Below, one piece after another: positions 27,869 through 37,365 of a DNA stretch of 64,000 nucleotides. The DNA is from Gemmatimonadota bacterium. Lineage in GTDB: Bacteria > Gemmatimonadota > Gemmatimonadetes > Gemmatimonadales > GWC2-71-9. The notes beneath the pieces are model-generated. The model had not been told where the DNA came from and searched no databases. It saw only the letters and a list, made by a program, of their open reading frames with translations. Positions within the stretch are counted from its first letter, which is position 1. The number at the start of each line of letters is the position of its first letter. The stretch covers positions 222-64,221 of the forward strand of contig QHTK01000047.1 of assembly GCA_003220795.1 (NCBI GenBank). Direction: 5' to 3'. The position numbers and the translations under genes were made by a program.

Positions 27869-29952
27869 TGGCGCGTCCCGCCGCACCGCCGCGCGCAGCC
27901 GACGCTTGGGCCGGTCCCGCCGCCGGTGCTGACGAACTCGACCAGCTCGTCTATCTCTCACACCTGATCGGGCGGGAGCCCGGGCTGGTGCAGCCGGGCG
28001 GTGGCAACACCTCGATCAAGCTTGGCGACGTGCTTCTCGTGAAGGCCAGCGGCACCGACCTGCGTACCATCGGGCGCGAGGGGTTCGCTCGGCTGTCCCT
28101 TGCGGAGCTGGCGGCGCTGCGGAGCGCCGAAGCGATGAGCGACGCCGACATGATGCGCTTCATGGCTCGCTGCATGGTGCCGCCCGACGGACGTGGGCCC
28201 GCACCCAGCGTCGAGACGCCGTTGCACTCACTCCTCCCTTACCGCGTCATCGCGCACACCCATGACGTGGCGACGATGAGTCTCACGAACCTGAGCGACC
28301 CGACGGCCGAGCGACTGGTCACCGAGCTGTTTCGCGGGGAGATCGTGTACGTGCCATACGTGCGCCCGGGGTTCCCGCTGGCGCGGCTGGTAGGAGGCAT
28401 GGTGGACCGGCTCCCCCGGAGCGCCGTGGGCCTCGCGCTGGCGCACCACGGCCTCGTGGTGTGGGGAGAGGACGCGCAGGAGTGCTACGCGCGCCTGGTG
28501 GGCGTCGTGAGTCGCATCGACGAATACCTCGAAACGAGGCGACGGGGCCGCGCGGTGCTGGGAGCGACGCCCCGGTCGATCCCCGACGCGGAGGTGCGCC
28601 GCCGCTGCGCGGAGCTCGTCCTCCCCGTGGTGCGCGGGATGCTCGGGTCACAGCCCGAAGGACGCGTGATCCTGCACTTCGACGACGGCGAGGATATCCT
28701 GGCGACGCTCGGCGCCGAACGGCTGCCTGGGTTGGTACGTCGCGGCATGGCGACACCCGAGCACATCCTGCGGGCCGGGCGGCTGCCCTTGTGGCTCGAC
28801 CTCGACCCGTCCGCGCCGGCAGAGCGGCTGGTCGACGCCGTCCGAACGCAGCTCGCGCAGCAGCGGTCGGAGTACGAGGCGTATCACCGACGCCACGCCG
28901 CCCCCGAGGAGCGACCGCTGGACGATTGGGCCAAGGTCGTGCTCGCTCCGGGGCTCGGCATTATCACCGCGTCCCGCGACAAACACGGCGCCGTCACGGC
29001 CAACCTGTGCTATCGGGCGGTGCTCGCGACGATCGCGAATGCGGAAGCGCTCGCAGGGTTCGAGTTCATTCCCGAGGCCGAGGTGTACGCCTTCGAGCAC
29101 TGGCCGCTCGAGCGACGGAAGATTGCAGAACAGGACGCGCGCGAGCACACCTCCCGGCTCGTCCCGCGCCAAGTCGCGGTCGTGATCGGCGGCGGCAGCG
29201 GCATCGGGCGGGCGGCGGCGCGGCGGTTCGCGGCGGAAGGGGCGCACGTCGTAGTCGCCGATCTCGACCACGCCGCCGCGGATGCCGCGGCGCGGGAGAT
29301 CGCGGCGGCGCACCCCGATCGCGCCGTCGCCATGCCGGTGGACGTCCGGGACGACGCGAGCCTGGCGCACCTCATACGGCGGACGGTGGTCGAGTTCGGA
29401 GGGCTGGACTGCCTGTTCTACACGGCGGGCCAGGCGCCGCGGTTCGCGGGAGTGACAGACATCGGACGGGAAGATCTCCAGCGGCAGCTCGACGTCCACT
29501 ACCTCGGCGCCGTCCTGGCGATCGGCGCCGCCGCGGGCGTGATGCGACGTCAGAAGACCGGGGGCTCGATCGTCGCGTCCGTCTCCAAGGCGGCGCTCGC
29601 GCCGGGTGCCGATGCGGTGGCCTACGGCGGAAGCAAGGCCGCGCTGCTGCAGGCGTTGCGCGTCGCCGCCGTCGAGCTGGGCGGGGACGGTATCCGGGTC
29701 AACGCCATCAACGCGGACCAGATCGAGACACCGATGTTCCGCCGGTTCGTCGAGGAGCGCGCCGCGAGGAGCGGCGTGTCCGTCGAGGTGCAGCTCGAGG
29801 CCTACCGCCGGCGCAACGTCATGGGCGCGTCGCTGATCCCGGCCGAGGTCGTAGCAGACATCGCCGTTTTGTTGGCGAGCGAGCGATTCCGCTTCACGAC
29901 GGGAGACATCCTCACGGTCGACGGCGGGTTGCCGGAGGCGTTCCCACGCTGA
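27868..29952 (+). CDS. bifunctional class-II aldolase / short-chain dehydrogenase (rhamnulose-1-phosphate aldolase/alcohol dehydrogenase-like)
   Basis: The 694-aa ORF has an N-terminal aldolase_II-like half (GGGNTS, HTHD) and a C-terminal SDR half (VIGGGSGIGRA, YGGSKAA). Its ATG overlaps the antiporter stop (TGATG). Confidence 0.85.
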   Translation: MARPAAPPRAADAWAGPAAGADELDQLVYLSHLIGREPGLVQPGGGNTSIKLGDVLLVKASGTDLRTIGREGFARLSLAELAALRSAEAMSDADMMRFMARCMVPPDGRGPAPSVETPLHSLLPYRVIAHTHDVATMSLTNLSDPTAERLVTELFRGEIVYVPYVRPGFPLARLVGGMVDRLPRSAVGLALAHHGLVVWGEDAQECYARLVGVVSRIDEYLETRRRGRAVLGATPRSIPDAEVRRRCAELVLPVVRGMLGSQPEGRVILHFDDGEDILATLGAERLPGLVRRGMATPEHILRAGRLPLWLDLDPSAPAERLVDAVRTQLAQQRSEYEAYHRRHAAPEERPLDDWAKVVLAPGLGIITASRDKHGAVTANLCYRAVLATIANAEALAGFEFIPEAEVYAFEHWPLERRKIAEQDAREHTSRLVPRQVAVVIGGGSGIGRAAARRFAAEGAHVVVADLDHAAADAAAREIAAAHPDRAVAMPVDVRDDASLAHLIRRTVVEFGGLDCLFYTAGQAPRFAGVTDIGREDLQRQLDVHYLGAVLAIGAAAGVMRRQKTGGSIVASVSKAALAPGADAVAYGGSKAALLQALRVAAVELGGDGIRVNAINADQIETPMFRRFVEERAARSGVSVEVQLEAYRRRNVMGASLIPAEVVADIAVLLASERFRFTTGDILTVDGGLPEAFPR

Positions 29953-31169
29953 CGCCACTTCGGGCCCTGACGCGCGACGGTTGGCTGTTATTCCTCACCC
30001 GCGTCACGCGCCTGTTCGCATACGGTTCGTTGTCCGTCGTCCTGGTGTTCTATCTGACCAGCCTTGGCCTGAGTGCGTCCCAAACCGGCCTGTTGCTGAC
30101 GCTGACGCTGGCGGGGGATACCGTCGTCTCGCTCTACCTGACCACGCGAGCCGATCGTATCGGGCGACGCCGCATGCTGATCATCGGTGCCGCTCTCATG
30201 GCCGCCGCCGGCCTGATCTTCGCGTACACGCGCGACGTCCTGTTCCTGATCCTGGCCGGAACGATCGGCGTCATCAGCCCAAGTGGCAACGAGGTTGGGC
30301 CGTTTCTGTCGATCGAGCAGGCGGCGCTCTCTCAGGTCGTTCCCGCGCGGTCCCGCACCGCCGTCTTCGCCTGGTACACGCTGGTCGGCTCGGTTGCGAC
30401 CGCCGCCGGGTCCTTGAGTGGCGGAGTGCTGGCGCAGCTCGAGAGCTACCGGGCGGTCGTGCTGCTGTATGCCGCTTTCGGGGTGCTGCTCCTTTTCCTC
30501 TTCACCCGTCTGTCGCCTGCCGCCGAAGTGCGCATGCCCGACGCGGGATCGGCGGCTGCGGCGGCCATGCAGACGCTCTTGGGCATCGGCAATTCCCGGG
30601 ACGTGGTCCTGAAGCTGTCGGGCCTGTTCGCCCTCGACTCCTTTGCCGGCGGCTTCGTGGTGCAGAGCTTCGCCGCCTACTGGTTCTATCTCCGTTTCGG
30701 CGTGGACCCGCGAACCCTCGGTGCAATCTTTTTTGGAGCGAACGTGCTTGCCGGAATGTCGGCGTTGCTCGCGTCCCGACTCGCTGCGCGCTTCGGCCTC
30801 GTGAGAACGATGGTGTTCACCCACCTGCCCTCCAACCTCCTGCTGATTCTCGTTCCACTGATGCCGAACCTGCCGCTCGCCATTCTGGTGCTGTTCGCGC
30901 GTTTCAGCATCAGCCAAATGGACGTGCCGACCCGGCAGTCCTACACGATGGCAGTGGTGGCTCCGGAAGAACGATCGGCGGCGGCGGGCATCACCGGTGT
31001 GGCGCGCACGACGGGCGCGGCAATGGCCCCCATGTTTGCTGGGTTGTTGTTCGCCCGACCCGCGCTGATCAGCGTGCCATTCTTCATCGCCGGAACGCTG
31101 AAGGTCGTCTACGACCTGCTGCTGTATCGCGGCTTCGTGGCCCGGCACCCACCGGAAGAAACCGCGTAG
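29949..31169 (+). CDS. MFS transporter
   Basis: It has twelve predicted TMs and the loop 2-3 motif TRADRIGRRRML. This is the only real part of composite track ORF 28461..31169. No ATG/GTG/TTG precedes TM1; a CTG at 29949 overlaps the upstream TGA, so the start is uncertain. Confidence 0.8.
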   Translation: MTPLRALTRDGWLLFLTRVTRLFAYGSLSVVLVFYLTSLGLSASQTGLLLTLTLAGDTVVSLYLTTRADRIGRRRMLIIGAALMAAAGLIFAYTRDVLFLILAGTIGVISPSGNEVGPFLSIEQAALSQVVPARSRTAVFAWYTLVGSVATAAGSLSGGVLAQLESYRAVVLLYAAFGVLLLFLFTRLSPAAEVRMPDAGSAAAAAMQTLLGIGNSRDVVLKLSGLFALDSFAGGFVVQSFAAYWFYLRFGVDPRTLGAIFFGANVLAGMSALLASRLAARFGLVRTMVFTHLPSNLLLILVPLMPNLPLAILVLFARFSISQMDVPTRQSYTMAVVAPEERSAAAGITGVARTTGAAMAPMFAGLLFARPALISVPFFIAGTLKVVYDLLLYRGFVARHPPEETA

Positions 31170-31182
31170 CGGAGCCCGGCCC

Positions 31183-31566
31183 CTAGGTCCCCGGGCTGGG
31201 CTCCCCCAGCAGCTCGCCCACCGCCCGCAACAGCTCACCGAGCTCGAACGGCTTCCGCAGTGTGCGCGACGCCCCGAGCAGCTCGGCGTCCTTGCGCATG
31301 TCGAGGGTCTGCGTTCGGTCTCCGCCAGAGATCACGATGATCTTCACCTGAGGAGATTCGCGGCGCAGCTGCCGGATCGTCTCGATCCCGTCCCGCTCGG
31401 GCATGAAGATGTCCGTGATGATCAGGTCGGCGGGCCGCTCCCGATGCGCGCGCAGCCCGGCGTCGCCATTGCCGACGTCTTCCACGGTGTGGCGCGCGCG
31501 CTCCAAGATGCGGCGCACCGCCCCTCTCACTTGCGCATCGTCGTCGATCACGAGGATCCGCGCCAT
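31183..31566 (-). CDS. single-domain CheY-like response regulator
   Basis: It has MARILVIDDD...LIITDIFMPERDGIE...KIIVISGG...LRKPF. It has no output domain and no adjacent kinase. Confidence 0.85.
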   Translation of the reverse strand: MARILVIDDDAQVRGAVRRILERARHTVEDVGNGDAGLRAHRERPADLIITDIFMPERDGIETIRQLRRESPQVKIIVISGGDRTQTLDMRKDAELLGASRTLRKPFELGELLRAVGELLGEPSPGT

Positions 31567-31570
31567 CGGG

Positions 31571-32038
31571 CTAGGCGCGCCGGGCTCCGACCATGCCCGC
31601 CGCGCGCTCGGCGGCGAAGCCGAGCAGCGCGCCGATGGCGAGCGCAACGCCCGCGCGAATCGCCTCGTTCACGGTGTACACGTTGAGACCGAGTGCGACG
31701 CCCGCACCTGCGAACGCGCCGGCGGTGAACGAGAGAATCGGCACGCGCGATTGCAGCACGATGGCGGACGCCGTCGCGCCGAGGATCACGGCGACGACCA
31801 CGTTGCCACCGCCGATCGCACCGCGGACGGCGTGAGCGACGAGCACCCACACCACGCCGCTCAGCGCGGCCACGATGGCCTTCTGCAGACCAGCGACGCC
31901 GCCGCCCGCCGCGAAGAAACATCCCAGGGCGACCACGCCAGCCCACAGCGACACGTGCAGCCGAGCCACGTCCGCCAGCCACGCCCACAGCGCGATCACG
32001 AGCCCCAGCATGAGCGCCCGCGCGGTCATCGTATTCAT
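31571..32038 (-). CDS. small polytopic membrane protein (possibly DUF1097-like)
   Basis: The 155-aa ORF has four or five Gly/Ala-rich TMs. The family assignment is tentative. Confidence 0.55.
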   Translation of the reverse strand: MNTMTARALMLGLVIALWAWLADVARLHVSLWAGVVALGCFFAAGGGVAGLQKAIVAALSGVVWVLVAHAVRGAIGGGNVVVAVILGATASAIVLQSRVPILSFTAGAFAGAGVALGLNVYTVNEAIRAGVALAIGALLGFAAERAAGMVGARRA

Positions 32039-32067
32039 CGGCTTCGTCTCCTCTCGAGCGACCTGAG

Positions 32068-32511
32068 CTAACCCGCGGGCCTCTCTTTGTCGCGCTCCGC
32101 CTGTGCGCGCTCCGACCGCTCGCGCTCTTCACGCACGCGTCTCACACGCTCCTGTCGCTCCCGCAACGCTGCCTCTTCCCGAGCGGCGCGAGCGGCGTCG
32201 CGATCCGATGGCTCCGGGGATGCCTGCTCGCGGGCGCGTTGCACGCGGTCCTGCCGGCCACGCCGATCAGCGTCCTGACTGGCCGCCCGCTCCACCTCGA
32301 GCGCGGCCTGCCGTTTCGAATTCATCCACCACATCACGCAAAACAGGCCAAACTGGGCGGGCAGGACAAAGATAAAGGACAGGGGGAACAACGTTTTGAT
32401 GGTGGCCGAGACCGCAATGCTCGCGAGGGCCCACTTCCAGCCGGTCATGTGCTCGTATTCGGCGGCGGCGTAGAACACGCCGGCCAGCCCGAGACCGCCT
32501 AAGAGACCCAT
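32068..32511 (-). CDS. membrane-anchored protein with Glu/Arg-rich cytoplasmic tail
   Basis: It has three N-terminal TMs followed by a ~70-aa highly charged tail (ERAASQDADRRGRQDRVQRAREQ...RERQERVRRVREERERSERAQAERDKE). I recognise no family. Confidence 0.5.
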   Translation of the reverse strand: MGLLGGLGLAGVFYAAAEYEHMTGWKWALASIAVSATIKTLFPLSFIFVLPAQFGLFCVMWWMNSKRQAALEVERAASQDADRRGRQDRVQRAREQASPEPSDRDAARAAREEAALRERQERVRRVREERERSERAQAERDKERPAG

Positions 32512-32556
32512 GCGCCCAATATGTGAAAATGAGTCCGGCCGGGCAAACCGCGCGTG

Positions 32557-33372
32557 CTACTTCGCGAGCCAGGACCGGCCGGTGGCGAGGACCGCCACCA
32601 GGGCCAACCCGAACACGATGCGGTACCAGGCGAACAGGTCGAACGAGCGGTGCGACACGAAGCGGATGAGCCACCGCACCACCACCAGCGCGCTGGCGAA
32701 CGCCACCACAAAGCCGACCGCGAGCATCAGCGCGTCTGACCCGGACAAGAGGTGCCGGTTCTCCCAGAGGTCGAGCCCGGTGGCCGCGAACATCACCGGA
32801 ATGGCGAGTAGGAACGAGAACTCCGCGGCGGCAGGGCGCGCGACGCCCGCCAGCAGCGCCCCCATGATCGTCGCCCCCGAGCGCGACACTCCGGGAATCA
32901 GCGAGCACACCTGCGCGATCCCGATCCAGAGCGCCGTCCGGTAGTCGACCTGCGTCACCGTTTCGACGCGAGGGGCGGGGCGCCAGTGCTCGATCGCAAG
33001 GATAGCAACGCCGCCGACGATCAGCGCCACGATCACCACCGCGGGCCTGAACAGGTGCGCTGTGATCCAATGGTGCGTGAGCAGCCCCACGATCGCCGCC
33101 GGCAGGAACGCGATGAACAGCGCGACGATCAAGCGACGCGACTCCGCGACGGCGATGCCATCCCGCACCACGCGAAACAATAGGCGGCGATACAGCCAGA
33201 CGACCGCCAGGATGGCGCCGAGTTGGATGATGATCTCGAAGGCGGCGGCGCGCGGGCCCACGAACCCGAGCGCGTGACCCGCCAGAATCAGATGTCCGGT
33301 CGACGAGACGGGGACAAACTCCGTCGCGCCCTCGACCAGCCCGAGGATGATGGCGGCGATGATGGTGGGCAT
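32557..33372 (-). CDS. uppP: undecaprenyl-diphosphate phosphatase
   Basis: It has GLVEGATEFVPVSSTGHLIL, IPGVSRSGATI and the overall BacA/UppP topology. Confidence 0.95.
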   Translation of the reverse strand: MPTIIAAIILGLVEGATEFVPVSSTGHLILAGHALGFVGPRAAAFEIIIQLGAILAVVWLYRRLLFRVVRDGIAVAESRRLIVALFIAFLPAAIVGLLTHHWITAHLFRPAVVIVALIVGGVAILAIEHWRPAPRVETVTQVDYRTALWIGIAQVCSLIPGVSRSGATIMGALLAGVARPAAAEFSFLLAIPVMFAATGLDLWENRHLLSGSDALMLAVGFVVAFASALVVVRWLIRFVSHRSFDLFAWYRIVFGLALVAVLATGRSWLAK

Positions 33373-33377
33373 GAGAA

Positions 33378-33450
33378 TGGAGCGGAGGGGATTCGAACCC
33401 CTGACCCCCTGGTTGCAAACCAGGTGCTCTCCCAGCTGAGCTACCGCCCC
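33378..33450 (-). tRNA. tRNA-Ala (anticodon UGC)
   Basis: The reverse complement is GGGGCGGTAGCTCAGCTGGGAGAGCACCTGGTTTGCAACCAGGGGGTCAGGGGTTCGAATCCCCTCCGCTCCA. It folds as a cloverleaf with the G3:U70 alanine identity pair, anticodon loop TTTGCAA and T-loop GGTTCGAATCC. CCA is not encoded. Confidence 0.95.
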
Positions 33451-33528
33451 GTGAGGCTAGTAAGATAGCAAACGGAGAACTGACGCACAGACGCACAGCG
33501 GTGAACAGGTGACCGTGGCCGGCCGTGC

Positions 33529-34272
33529 CTACTTGAACACGGCCCCCAGATTGGTCGTGACGCCGACGAATACAAGATGCGGCGTCTCGCGCCACAACCC
33601 GACACTCCCGCCTGCGTCCACCACGATCCACTCGGCGGGCCGAAAGGTCACGGCGCCCAGGGCGCCCCACTCCGCCGATGCTCCGGCGCCCGCCGTAAGC
33701 CCGTACAGCTCAGTCGTGAGCCCGTAGCGGCCGAGCGCGACCGCCGCGCCCACCGAGTGAAACCAACGGAGCGGCGACGCGTCGGCGCCGAGCTCCACCG
33801 GCCCGAGATTCACGTCGACATGGAGCTTCCTGGGTGCGTCCACGCTCGCCACCGCCAGCACGCTGCCTTGCGTGCGCCCCGCGCCGCGCCCCGCCGCCGC
33901 GTCGCCCGTCGGAACCGTGACGCTCGACGCCAGCGCCAGCGTGGCCCGGGGTGACACGCCGGCCGAGAGCTTGAGCGTCGCACCGACATCGCCCACACCC
34001 CCGCCCCCCGCGGTGTGGATGAATCCGGTGCCGAAGAACGCCAACTGCACCTGGCGGGCGACGCCGATCTTGAGATTGTAGTCCCAGGCGGTCGCATCGC
34101 CCGCGTCACCGCCTGCGACGCGCACGCCCTGCTCGAGCTCGGCATATCCCGGCGCCACCGCGTAGGCATGGGTCGCGAAGGTGGGACGCTCCGGGTTCGC
34201 CGCGCGCGGCGACTGGCCGCGAGCCACGTCGGCGAGGCACGACAGGAAACCGAGGGCGAGCGCCCGACGCAT
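33529..34272 (-). CDS. outer-membrane beta-barrel protein, MetA-pathway/transporter-like family
   Basis: It has a signal peptide, then ERPTFATHAYAVAPGYAELEQG, which is typical of that family, and alternating beta strands to a C-terminal GAVFK. Confidence 0.6.
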   Translation of the reverse strand: MRRALALGFLSCLADVARGQSPRAANPERPTFATHAYAVAPGYAELEQGVRVAGGDAGDATAWDYNLKIGVARQVQLAFFGTGFIHTAGGGGVGDVGATLKLSAGVSPRATLALASSVTVPTGDAAAGRGAGRTQGSVLAVASVDAPRKLHVDVNLGPVELGADASPLRWFHSVGAAVALGRYGLTTELYGLTAGAGASAEWGALGAVTFRPAEWIVVDAGGSVGLWRETPHLVFVGVTTNLGAVFK

Positions 34273-34274
34273 GC

Positions 34275-36563
34275 TCAGCGGCCACCCCCGAGCGTCTCCT
34301 CGAACAGCTTGAGAATCCGGCGGTACTCGTCCGTCCAGCTGTCGTTGCGCGTGAAGCCGTGCCGCTCCACCGGGTACAGCGCCACATCCCAGTTCTCCTT
34401 TTTCAGCTCGATCAGCCGCTGCGTCAATCGGGCCGTGTCTTGGAAATGGACGTTGTCGTCCACCATGCCATGACAGATCAGGAGTCGACCCTGCAACCCC
34501 TCAGCGAAATAGATCGGGGAGGACTGCCGGTAGGCCACGCTGTCGTCTTGCGGCTCGTTCAAGATCCGCGCCGTGTACGGGTGGTTGTAATGCGCCCAGT
34601 CGGTCACGGGCCGCAGCGCCGCGCCTGCGGCAAACACATGCGGCTGGGTGAACATTGCCATCAGCGTAATGAACCCACCGTAGCTGCCGCCGTAGATCCC
34701 GATCTTCGTCGAATCCACGCCGAGGTGCTGCACCAGCCAGCGTGCGCCGTCGACCTGGTCGTCCAAGTCCTTCCCGCCCATGTGGCGGTAGATTGCGGTG
34801 CGCCAATCGCGCCCCTGCCCGGCGCTCCCGCGGTAATCGAGATCGAGCACGGCGTAGCCCTTCGACGCGAGCAGTTGGTTGAACATGTATTCCCGGTAGT
34901 ACGACGACCACCACTTGTGCACGTTCTGGAGATAGCCGGCGCCGTGCACGAACAGCACCGCCGCGTGGTTCGCGGGCGTCGCGCTCGGGCGATACAGCCG
35001 CGCCGGCACGCGCGCACCGTCCCGCGCCGGGATCATCGCGATCTCGGGGCTGAGCCACGGGAAGCTACGCCACTCGGACGTCGTGCTCTCGGTGACTTTG
35101 CGCATCTGGCCACCGGGCTGGTTGGCCTGGAAGTACAGCTCGGGCGGATGGTTGGCCGTCGAATGCAGCACGGCCAGAAGCTTTCCGTCGGGCGCCACGA
35201 CCACATCCTGGCGGCCCTCGACCGAGGTCAGCTGGGTCTTGCGGCCGCTCGCGATGTCGAGGGCGTAGCAGTGCACCTGCGCGAAGTCACCTTCGTTGGT
35301 GTGCAGGTAGAAGGTCTTGCCGTCGGGCGCGAGCGCCACCTGCTGCACCTCCCAGGCTCCGCGCGTGAGCGCCCGCGGCGCGCCTCCGGAAGCGGACACC
35401 GTGTAGAGGTGCGCAAATCCCGTTTCCTCGCTCCCGTAATAGACGGTCTCTCCGTCCTTGAGCCACCCCGCGGTCGCACCGAGCGGCCCGTCGAGCCAGG
35501 CGTCGTCGTGCAGGTGCGCGACGACGCGTGTCGTGAGCGATGGCAGATCCACGATCGCGAGCCACGCGTCGGTGTAGGCCGTGGTCGTGACGCGGATCAG
35601 GGCATGCCGGCCGTTCGGGGAGATCCCGACACCCACGGCGTTCCGCTCGCCCGTTCCCACGGAGTCGATCCAGGTCGTCTTGCCCGTCGCGACCTCGATC
35701 AGCGCCGCGCGCTCGCGTGACTGCGCGTCGCCCACTTTGGTGCGGATCTGCTGCGTCTCCACGAACCCCGACTGGGTGACCCAGCTCGGCAACACCACCT
35801 GCCGCCCCTCGAGCGAGTCTCCTTTCGCCCGCTCCGTCACGGTCACCAGCACGAAGCGGGCGTCGGGCGCGACGTCCAGCCGCGTGGCGCTCTGACGCTC
35901 GCCGAGATAGAGCGGCTTGGCGGTATGGACGGTGTCGGTGTCGGCGCGCATCTGCTCCTCCGCCACCTGGCGCCGGATGAAATCGAACAGCTCGCGTTGC
36001 TGATCGCGCAGGAACTTCTTCTCTCCGGTGGGGTCGCTCGGCTTTTTGGGCGCCGGGCCACGACGCACGTCGCTCAGCTGGCGCAGCGCGCCGTCCTCGA
36101 GACCGAGCGCCCAGGCGTTCCCGTCGCGCGTGAAGTAAACCGTGCGTCCGTCCGCCGACCACGCCGGATCGGACTCGGGCGCCGGCGTCTGGGTGAGCCG
36201 CCGCTTCGCGCCCGTGCGCTCGACGAGCCAGACGTCGCCCTTCAGCACGACGACCTCGCGGCGTAGATCCGGTGACCACGCGCCATCCGCCATGGCGATC
36301 GTGTCCACGGTATTGCGCGGCAACCGCTCCGGCGAGGCCGCGCCCGCGACGGCCACGCGGTAGTCCCGATCCAGCGTGTCGACGCCGGGGCTGCGCCACG
36401 CGAAGTACACGTAGCGCCCGTCGGCCGAGAACCGCACATTGGACGGCGCAGTGCCGACCAGGTCCGGCCCGCGCATGATGCTCTCGACCGTGAGCCGGAA
36501 TCCCTGCCCGACGACGATGGCGGGGACCGAGAGGAGGGTGAGCACGACCACGCTGCGGCGCAT
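34275..36563 (-). CDS. S9-family serine peptidase (dipeptidyl-peptidase IV / prolyl oligopeptidase type, beta-propeller + alpha/beta hydrolase)
   Basis: It has the nucleophile motif IGIYGGSYGGF and a C-terminal catalytic region (LLICHGMVDDNVHFQD...ERHGF). The ATG at 36563 is preceded by GAGGAG and gives a signal peptide (MRRSVVVLTLLSVPAIVVGQG). The upstream 180 aa of the track ORF are junk. Confidence 0.9.
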   Translation of the reverse strand: MRRSVVVLTLLSVPAIVVGQGFRLTVESIMRGPDLVGTAPSNVRFSADGRYVYFAWRSPGVDTLDRDYRVAVAGAASPERLPRNTVDTIAMADGAWSPDLRREVVVLKGDVWLVERTGAKRRLTQTPAPESDPAWSADGRTVYFTRDGNAWALGLEDGALRQLSDVRRGPAPKKPSDPTGEKKFLRDQQRELFDFIRRQVAEEQMRADTDTVHTAKPLYLGERQSATRLDVAPDARFVLVTVTERAKGDSLEGRQVVLPSWVTQSGFVETQQIRTKVGDAQSRERAALIEVATGKTTWIDSVGTGERNAVGVGISPNGRHALIRVTTTAYTDAWLAIVDLPSLTTRVVAHLHDDAWLDGPLGATAGWLKDGETVYYGSEETGFAHLYTVSASGGAPRALTRGAWEVQQVALAPDGKTFYLHTNEGDFAQVHCYALDIASGRKTQLTSVEGRQDVVVAPDGKLLAVLHSTANHPPELYFQANQPGGQMRKVTESTTSEWRSFPWLSPEIAMIPARDGARVPARLYRPSATPANHAAVLFVHGAGYLQNVHKWWSSYYREYMFNQLLASKGYAVLDLDYRGSAGQGRDWRTAIYRHMGGKDLDDQVDGARWLVQHLGVDSTKIGIYGGSYGGFITLMAMFTQPHVFAAGAALRPVTDWAHYNHPYTARILNEPQDDSVAYRQSSPIYFAEGLQGRLLICHGMVDDNVHFQDTARLTQRLIELKKENWDVALYPVERHGFTRNDSWTDEYRRILKLFEETLGGGR

Positions 36564-37365
36564 CGGGAGACTCCTCGGGCTTGGGGCGGGGCTAATGTGC
36601 GCGGCGCTGGCCGCGTGCACCACCGGCGAGCGCCCACTGCGGCTCGGCACCACGCATACGGTCGAGCAGTCGGGGGCGCTGGCCGTGCTCGACTCGCTGG
36701 CGCACCCCGTGCCCGCCACCGTGATCGGCCCGTCGGGGCAGATCCTCGCGGCCGCCGCCCGGGGGGACCTGGACGTGGTGATCACCCATGCGCCGAGCCT
36801 CGAGCGCCGCCTCCTGGTCGAGCCCGGGCATGTGCTGCTCGCATGCCCGTTCGTGGCGAGTCGCTTCGCGATCGTGGGTCCCCCCGCCGATCCGGCGCGC
36901 GTCGCCGCCGCGCCCCGTGCGGCCGATGCGTTCCGCCGCATCGCCGCGGCGGCCGGTCCGTTCGTCTCGCGAGGCGATTCGTCGGGCACACACGTGAAGG
37001 AGCTGGCCCTATGGGACGCGGCGGGCGTGCGACCGCCTGCTGCCGGCGGGTGGTACCTCCAGGCGGGGGCCGACCAGGCGACGACCCTGCACGTGGCCGA
37101 CGAGCGCAACGCCTACGCGCTCGCCGACCTCCCGACTCTGGCGAAGCTCGGCGGCCTGCGCCTGCGCGTGGTGTTCGTGGCCGACACGACGCTCACCAAC
37201 CCCTACACGCTCTACGTCGTGCGTGAGTCCCCCCGGCGCGCAGCCGCGCAAGCGTTCGCACAATGGGCGATGGACAGCGCGCGACCGAGTATCCTCGCGC
37301 TGCGCCTCCCGGACGGAACGCCGGCGTTCGTCGCGCGGCCGGGAGGATGCACCGACCGGCTCTAG
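36538..37365 (+). CDS. periplasmic substrate-binding protein, TupA/tungstate-molybdate-binding-like (PBP2 fold)
   Basis: SRGDSSGTHVKE and NPYTLYVV resemble TupA-type oxyanion binders. A GTG at 36538 gives a lipoprotein-like signal ending LAAC. ATG 36517 or ATG 36595 are alternatives. Confidence 0.6.
   Translation: MSTTTLRRIGRLLGLGAGLMCAALAACTTGERPLRLGTTHTVEQSGALAVLDSLAHPVPATVIGPSGQILAAAARGDLDVVITHAPSLERRLLVEPGHVLLACPFVASRFAIVGPPADPARVAAAPRAADAFRRIAAAAGPFVSRGDSSGTHVKELALWDAAGVRPPAAGGWYLQAGADQATTLHVADERNAYALADLPTLAKLGGLRLRVVFVADTTLTNPYTLYVVRESPRRAAAQAFAQWAMDSARPSILALRLPDGTPAFVARPGGCTDRL

Noticed and set aside
28461-29948. Long N-terminal parts of composite ORFs (28461..31169, 42403..44388, 43227..45353, 58281..61631, 25473..26270, 34275..37109, 18224..19711)
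   Set aside because: In each case the upstream portion is a shadow frame of the neighbouring gene (Arg/Gly/Pro-rich). The real protein begins at a junction start codon, so I trimmed the coordinates accordingly.
33378-33450. tRNA-Ala as the attachment site of a genomic island
   Set aside because: I saw no integrase, recombinase, transposase or duplicated tRNA 3' fragment anywhere in the window. Flanking genes are ordinary envelope and housekeeping genes with the same GC-rich composition.
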